Source of the DNA: Lawsonibacter sp.
GTDB lineage: Bacteria > Bacillota > Clostridia > Oscillospirales > Oscillospiraceae
Assembly: GCA_022794495.1 (NCBI GenBank)
Contig: JAAWEX010000001.1
Span: forward strand, 1-42,107
DNA: 42,107 bases
Direction: 5' to 3'
Below the pieces are notes generated by a model. It saw only the letters and a list, made by a program, of their open reading frames with translations. It ran no database searches and was not told where the DNA came from. Below are positions 37,169 to 42,107 of the stretch, piece after piece; within the stretch, counting starts at the first letter, position 1; each line of letters opens with the position of its first letter. A program made the translations under genes and the position numbers.

Positions 37169-37849
37169 TTACATATCCACACTTTGGGAGTGACGCTCTG
37201 TAGTGTCCAAATGATCGTTTACCGCCTGGATGCAGGCCAAGAGATCCCGGCTGCGGATAGCCCGCAGAATCTCCCGGTGGGCGGCATAAGCGTCCTGTAC
37301 TATTTCGTGGTGGCAGAACATGCGGTAAAGCAGGTTGCTGCGCATGTCGGCAATCATATTGTTGATCTGGATCAGCATAGGGTTTTGGGTATAGGAGATC
37401 AGTGCTTGATGGAAGTCCTGGTCCGCTTCTACATACGCATCAATGGGGCACTTCCGCCCCAAAATATCCACCAGCTTCTCCAGAGCATCCAGCTCAGAGC
37501 AGGTAATCTTGTCGTAGATGGAGACAATATTCCCCACCTCGAGAGTGCGGCGCAGCTCCAAATAGTTGATAGTATTTTCCGCACTGGGGAAAAAGCCCAT
37601 GAACTGAAAAAAGTTCCGGGCACTGTTGTCTACAATATAGGTGCCTTCTCCCTGGCGAGATTCCACAATTCCGTAGGCATTTAAAATCTTGATGCCCTCC
37701 CGCAGGGAGGAGCGGCCCACGCCCAGTTCTTCAGCCATATCGGATTCCCGGGGCAGCTTGTCGCCTACCTTTAATTCCCCTTTTTGAATGGCAAGCCGTA
37801 CCGCATCTACCACCTGTGTGGTTGCACTGATTCGTTCTGGTTTCTTCAT
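37169..37849 (-). CDS. FadR/GntR-family transcriptional regulator
   Basis: GDKLPRESDMAEELGVGRSSLREG...QGEGTY; FCD domain (DQDFH, NPML, HL). Confidence 0.93.
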   Translation of the reverse strand: MKKPERISATTQVVDAVRLAIQKGELKVGDKLPRESDMAEELGVGRSSLREGIKILNAYGIVESRQGEGTYIVDNSARNFFQFMGFFPSAENTINYLELRRTLEVGNIVSIYDKITCSELDALEKLVDILGRKCPIDAYVEADQDFHQALISYTQNPMLIQINNMIADMRSNLLYRMFCHHEIVQDAYAAHREILRAIRSRDLLACIQAVNDHLDTTERHSQSVDM

Positions 37850-38229
37850 GTGGACGCCCACTTTCGCTCAGGCGGCAGCCTGTGTGATAATTGGGAGAGA
37901 GGCGAATAAGTCTGGTAATCAGATGTATTGTGTTATACAAAAAAGACAGCCAGCGCTCTTCCATTTATGTATGTATTATATATATTTTGCGGAAACTGTC
38001 AATACCATTTAGTTAGATTTTATGATTTCCACAAATCTAAGGGAACTATTTTGTGTGCTTTGCCGTTTAATTGGTCTGCCGCCTTTTCCGTCTTACTTTG
38101 GACGGGATAATGATTCCGCCGGCTTTAACGGCCAAAATCGGGTAACCCAATTAGAGGTGATCACGCCGTCTTTGATACACCCATAGCCCGATCAAGCGCT
38201 TCCGTCGGCGCTGTTGAGAGATACTGAGT

Positions 38230-38511
38230 CAGTGACAGCAGGCCCAGCTGCGGGAAAAGCCCGGCTTTCCCCACAAGCGGCTGGTGTTCACTGCGGCGGA
38301 CCACAACGACCGGATGATCACCGAGTACAAGGGCAATCCCATCGGGCAGAGCAGCCGCTGCATCAAGGAGCAGCTGGATGAGTTCCAGCGCATTATGCAC
38401 ATAGCGGGCGGCTTCGACAGCCTGCCGGCCAATCAGTTCGTGGCCGGCACCGTGCTCACCTCCACCTCTCCGGCCTACGCCCGGTTCAGCGAGATCGGAA
38501 AAATCAAATAA
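38230..38511 (+). pseudogene. fragment of a TIM-barrel class I aldolase-like protein (Cgl0159-like) joined to an unidentified C-terminus
   Basis: KRLVFTAADHNDRM resembles the AADH motif of class I aldolase-like proteins; an in-frame stop lies just upstream; terminator at 38525-38557. Confidence 0.4.
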
Positions 38512-38573
38512 ATCAGTTCCATAGGGAGGCCCCCAGAGCTTACGCTCTGGGGGCCTTCATTTTGAAAAGAGGA

Positions 38574-38941
38574 TTATGGTTCTCTGTTCAGCACACGGCC
38601 AGAGACCTTCAGCACAAAAGGCCAGTTCAACTGGGTAAGGAAGCCCACAGCTTCACAGGCGGCATCCACACTCATGGCTTCCATATCCGCCATGGGATAG
38701 GGGCGGCCCAGGTATTGATAGGTGCTTGTCCCCAGCCGGTGGTAGGGGAGAAACTCCAGGCTGCCGCAGCTGGCCAGAGAGGCACAGAATTCCGCCGTGC
38801 GCAGAACATTCTCCCGGTCGTTGTGGAGCACCAGGCGCAGCGCAGCGGGCACCCCTTAAAAAACACGACAGTCCGCAGGCCGTCTCCGTCCTGGTTGGAG
38901 AGGCGTTCGATGCGGAGGATGGTTCCTTTCCTGTTGTCCAT
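38574..38941 (-). pseudogene. glycyl-radical enzyme activating enzyme remnant
   Basis: QDGDGLRTVVFFKGCPLRCAWCS joined out of frame to NDRENV...LEFLPYHRLG...Y.YLGRPY. Confidence 0.85.
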
Positions 38942-39018
38942 GGCGGCATCTCCTGTCTTTTGATAAAATTTTAGGCCCCCCGAAGGGGGCCGCATAAGGG
39001 AAAGAATGGAGGTAAGCG

Positions 39019-39445
39019 TTAAGAAACCTGGGCGGTTCGGGAGATAATATCGTTCTGGGTCTCCTTGCAGTCGTTGCCGTACTTCTCGCAGCGGTCGCAC
39101 AGGAGCTTGACGTCCTCACAGCCCTGGAAATCCGCCGCCAAAGCGTCGCACAGGCGCTGCATGGACAGCTTTTTCTCGTCAAATACAAGGTGCTTGACGG
39201 CATACACACTGTTAATCAAATCGGCTACACCAATGGCGTCGATGCCCTCGGTAAGGATCAGCTCATAGCCGGCGGTAGTCTCGCCCCAGCCTCGGACAGC
39301 CTTGCGGTTGATATACAGCGCGCCGCAGTCCCGCAGCGCGGCCGCCTCCTCGGGACACTGCTTGAGCCACTTCTCATAGGTAGAGCGGCTCACCCTCAGA
39401 CTCCTGCATCCCCCTGGTGTAAATCACCGCGTTCTCCAGGTCCAT
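39019..39445 (-). pseudogene. glycyl-radical enzyme (PFL superfamily) remnant made of four spliced segments
   Basis: DLENAVIYTRGMQESEGEP / GETTAGYELILTEGI / IGVADLINSVYAVKHLVFDEKK...LAADFQG...KYGND / QNDIISRT; Cys loop and RVxGY glycyl loop absent. Confidence 0.8.
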
Positions 39446-39545
39446 ACTCCTGTGGATACGGTAGCGGAGCAGATACTGTGTGGGGCTCATGCGCACCACG
39501 CTCTGAAAGCACCGGCAGCACTCCCCCTGGCTGACATTCACGCTT
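39437..39545 (-). pseudogene. AraC-family HTH fragment fused to the GRE remnant
   Basis: SVNVSQGECCRCFQSVVRMSPTQYLLRYRIHRSMDL. Confidence 0.65.
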
Positions 39546-39625
39546 GGTTCTGCTGTTGTTATATCGAATTCCACCCATTTTTCCGCCGGATTGCACAGCT
39601 CCGCACAACGGCGCCGGTGGAGCCC

Positions 39626-40210
39626 CTAGGTGTACAGCCGGATAATCTCCTCCGCTACCGCCCGCTTGGAGCAGCAGCGGTCCATCGCCTGATGGGTGAT
39701 GTAGTGGTGGGCGTCGGGCTCCGACATCTTCAGTTCGCGGATGAGCAGCCACTTGGCCCGGTTCACCAGGCGAATCTCCTCCATCTTTTCCTCGACGGGC
39801 TGGACCTTTTTCTCATAGCTCCGCAGCCGCTCTCGGGCGGCGGTCATCCAGTTCAGCCCCCGGAGGATGGCGTCCCGGGGGACAGGCCTGGGCAGGACAA
39901 AGACCCCATGCTTCTCCACCCGGCTCTGGATGGAATCATACAGCGCCGCCGCCGCGAAGAGCAGCACCACCGTTCCCCCGGCGCGGCAGCAGTCGATGGC
40001 GAAGCGGACGCCGGCGTCGTCTGGGAGGGGGGAGTTGACGAAAACAAAGTCAAAGTCCTGGCTGTTTCGGGTGCGCTCCGCCGCCCCCACGCTGGCCACG
40101 GTGACAATGGGGGAGCAGACGCTTTCAGGCAGGAGGGAGAGCAGGGCGTTTTGAAACTTTTCTGAGGCCGACACGATGAGCACACTGTAGACCCGCTCCT
40201 GTAACTCCAT
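39626..40210 (-). CDS. ANTAR-domain antiterminator with degenerate receiver domain (NitR-like)
   Basis: EEIRLVNRAKWLLI...MSEPDAHHYI..QAMDRCCSKRAVAEEII; RBS GGAGGG. Confidence 0.9.
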   Translation of the reverse strand: MELQERVYSVLIVSASEKFQNALLSLLPESVCSPIVTVASVGAAERTRNSQDFDFVFVNSPLPDDAGVRFAIDCCRAGGTVVLLFAAAALYDSIQSRVEKHGVFVLPRPVPRDAILRGLNWMTAARERLRSYEKKVQPVEEKMEEIRLVNRAKWLLIRELKMSEPDAHHYITHQAMDRCCSKRAVAEEIIRLYT

Positions 40211-40240
40211 ATGCATCCCCTCCTCCCTCCGAAATCGACG

Positions 40241-41452
40241 TCATCTCTTAAAATATTCCTCCGCCACCGCCCCCGGGACGGCAGACCGGATAAATTCGCT
40301 GGACCGCGCCGCGGACACCGCTGCCGCCCGGTCCCGGGGCAGAGACTGGAGTCCGGACAGGCTCTCGCCGTCCGCCTGGTAGAGGTTCAGGTCGGCGGCG
40401 GGGGACAGCTCCAGAGCTCGCTCCATGCCCAGCAGCCCCGCCTGAATCATCAGGGCGAAGGCCAGATAAGGGTTGGCGGCGGGGTCGGGGGAGCGCAGCT
40501 CCGCCCGGCGGTACTCCCCCGCGGCGGCGGGGATGCGCACCAGCTGAGAACGGTTTTCATGGGACCACGAGATATATTTGGGGGCCTTGTGGCCGCCGAA
40601 GCGGGCGTAGGATTCCTCTGTGGGGTTGAGGAACACGGTCATGTCGGCCACCTTGTCCAGCACTCCGGCCACCATCTGGGGCAGGCAGTCCCGGCCGTCC
40701 TCAGCCTTTACCGACATGTTGATGTGAAAGCCGCTCCCCGGCGCGCCGGGCAGGGGCTTGGGGGAGAAGTCGGCGCACAGGCCGTTTCGCTCTGCGATGA
40801 ACTTCACAATGGCCTGGAAGGTCATCACGTTGTCCGCCGCGGTGAGGGGGTCGGAGTATTTGAAGTCGATCTCATTCTGGCCCGGCCCCTCCTCGTGGTG
40901 GGAGCACTCCGGGGAAATGCCCATCCGGGCCAGGGTCAGGCAGATCTCCCGGCGGATGCTCTCCCCCTTGTCGTCGGGGGCGATGTCCATATACCCGGCT
41001 CTGTCATAGGGGATTTTGGTGGGCTCGCCGGTTTCGTCCCGCTGAAACAGGTAAAACTCCTGTTCCGCGCCAAAGAGAAAGCGGAGCCCCCGCCGCTCCG
41101 CCTGCGCGATGGCGCTGCGGAGCAGGGCCCGGGTGTCGCAGGGGAAGGGCCGCCCGTCTGGGTAGTGGATGGAGCAGAACATGCGCACCACCTGTCCGTG
41201 CTCCGGCCGCCAGGGCAGGAGCATCAAAGTGTCCGGGTCAGGCCGGAGCAGCAGGTCGGACCGGGCCTCGTCCCCGAAGCCGGCGATGGCGGAGGCGTCG
41301 AAGGCAATGCCGTACTCGAAGGCCCGGGACAGCTCTGAGGGCACAATGGAAATATTCTTCTGCCGCCCGAACACATCACAGAAGGTCAGGTGGACAAAGG
41401 CCACTTCCTCCTCCTGGACATACTGAAGCACTTCTTCCCTGGTATATTTCAT
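40241..41452 (-). CDS. glnA: glutamine synthetase type I family protein
   Basis: FDASAI.GF, GAEQEFYLF, SHHEEGPGQNEIDF, PKP..G.PGSGFHINMS, ENRSQLVRIP, ELRSPDP.ANPY. Confidence 0.88.
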   Translation of the reverse strand: MKYTREEVLQYVQEEEVAFVHLTFCDVFGRQKNISIVPSELSRAFEYGIAFDASAIAGFGDEARSDLLLRPDPDTLMLLPWRPEHGQVVRMFCSIHYPDGRPFPCDTRALLRSAIAQAERRGLRFLFGAEQEFYLFQRDETGEPTKIPYDRAGYMDIAPDDKGESIRREICLTLARMGISPECSHHEEGPGQNEIDFKYSDPLTAADNVMTFQAIVKFIAERNGLCADFSPKPLPGAPGSGFHINMSVKAEDGRDCLPQMVAGVLDKVADMTVFLNPTEESYARFGGHKAPKYISWSHENRSQLVRIPAAAGEYRRAELRSPDPAANPYLAFALMIQAGLLGMERALELSPAADLNLYQADGESLSGLQSLPRDRAAAVSAARSSEFIRSAVPGAVAEEYFKR

Positions 41453-41555
41453 AACCGCTTCCGCTCCTCTTTATTGAAATTCCCAGGTATTATACCACAG
41501 TCCGGGACGATTTTCCACCACAGTGAACAGAATCCTGAAAAAACGAAAAAACAGG

Positions 41556-41584
41556 TTGACAGCGCCCCGCCCTGGGCGTATAAT
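41556..41584 (+). promoter_or_regulatory. consensus sigma70 promoter for GSIII
   Basis: TTGACA-17-TATAAT. Confidence 0.88.
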
Positions 41585-41593
41585 GCGTCCATA

Positions 41594-41646
41594 AAGGCAA
41601 AGGCGTCTTTTAGGTTGATTCCTGAAAGGCGCCTTTGTCTTCTTTT
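41594..41646 (+). terminator. leader terminator with an ANTAR-like motif in its 5' arm
   Basis: 21-bp stem 41594-41614/41621-41641 followed by CTTTT; GGCAAAGGCGTC at 41596-41607. Confidence 0.7.
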
Positions 41647-41660
41647 ATGCGTTTTCGCCC

Positions 41661-41730
41661 TGTAGGGGCCGGCACCCTCGCCGGCCTGGAGCATCCAATC
41701 AGAGCGGGCCGCCGTCTTCGGCGGCCCCTA
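41661..41730. repeat. GTAG-type REP doublet in the GSIII leader
   Basis: GTAGGGGCCG...CGGCCCCTA termini with internal hairpins. Confidence 0.6.
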
Positions 41731-41771
41731 TGGGGGAAATCGGAGTTTAAACAGTGAAAGGGTGACGAAAA

Positions 41772-42107
41772 ATGGCGGCAGTTCCGGAGTATTTTGGCAG
41801 CATGGTATTCGATGACAGGGTGATGAAGGCCAACCTGTCCGCCGAGGTATATCAGTCGTTGAAGAGGACCATTGACCAGGGAGAAAAGCTGAATATCGGG
41901 GTGGCCAACGCCGTGGCGGCGGCCATGAAAGACTGGGCCGCAGCCCATGGGGCGACCCATTTTACCCACTGGTTCCAGCCTCTCACCGGCGTCACCGCCG
42001 AAAAGCACGACAGCTTTATCTCCCCCTCGCCCGACGGCGGGGTCATCATGGAGTTCTCCGGCAAGGAGCTGATCCAGGGGGAGCCGGACGCCTCCTCCTT
42101 CCCCTCC
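41772..42107 (+). CDS. glutamine synthetase type III, N-terminus (runs off window)
   Basis: Hand translation [15 protein letters not shown]...[29 protein letters not shown]...[16 protein letters not shown]. Confidence 0.95.
   Translation, partial: MAAVPEYFGSMVFDDRVMKANLSAEVYQSLKRTIDQGEKLNIGVANAVAAAMKDWAAAHGATHFTHWFQPLTGVTAEKHDSFISPSPDGGVIMEFSGKELIQGEPDASSFPS

Noticed and set aside
40241-41452. GlnA (403 aa) as another deletion casualty
   Set aside because: The main catalytic motifs are present in order and no abrupt junction is visible
1-42107. CRISPR array, cas genes, rRNA or IS transposase
   Set aside because: No regularly spaced direct repeats or matching ORFs seen

Overview
High-GC Firmicute (Clostridia, probably Oscillospiraceae-like) chromosomal window. 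The intact genes are trmO, mgtE, pgi, three tRNAs (Thr-TGT, Tyr-GTA, Val-GAC), an alpha-galactoside ABC/GH36/AraC locus, a FadR-regulated operon (TRAP, Fe-ADH, acylating ALDH, CoA-transferase, OYE) and a glnA/ANTAR/GSIII nitrogen locus. Five features stand out. (1) Three accessory loci are collapsed by about 15 apparent internal deletions that splice gene pieces together, often at short shared motifs: a tRNA-linked molybdenum/aldehyde-oxidoreductase island (about 5.8-17.5 kb), a galactokinase remnant and a glycyl-radical-enzyme cluster. (2) Two sequence-divergent cassettes share one layout: autoregulated RHH gene, antisense promoter and sRNA, then a small cargo gene. (3) mgtE has a structured leader that lacks the M-box consensus and contains a terminator and a short uORF ending in PPRRR. 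(4) A chimeric tRNA-Thr/tRNA-Tyr att-like remnant closes the island. (5) A promoter with two LexA-like boxes has no convincing ORF downstream. All family assignments come from motif recognition by eye; no database searches were run.
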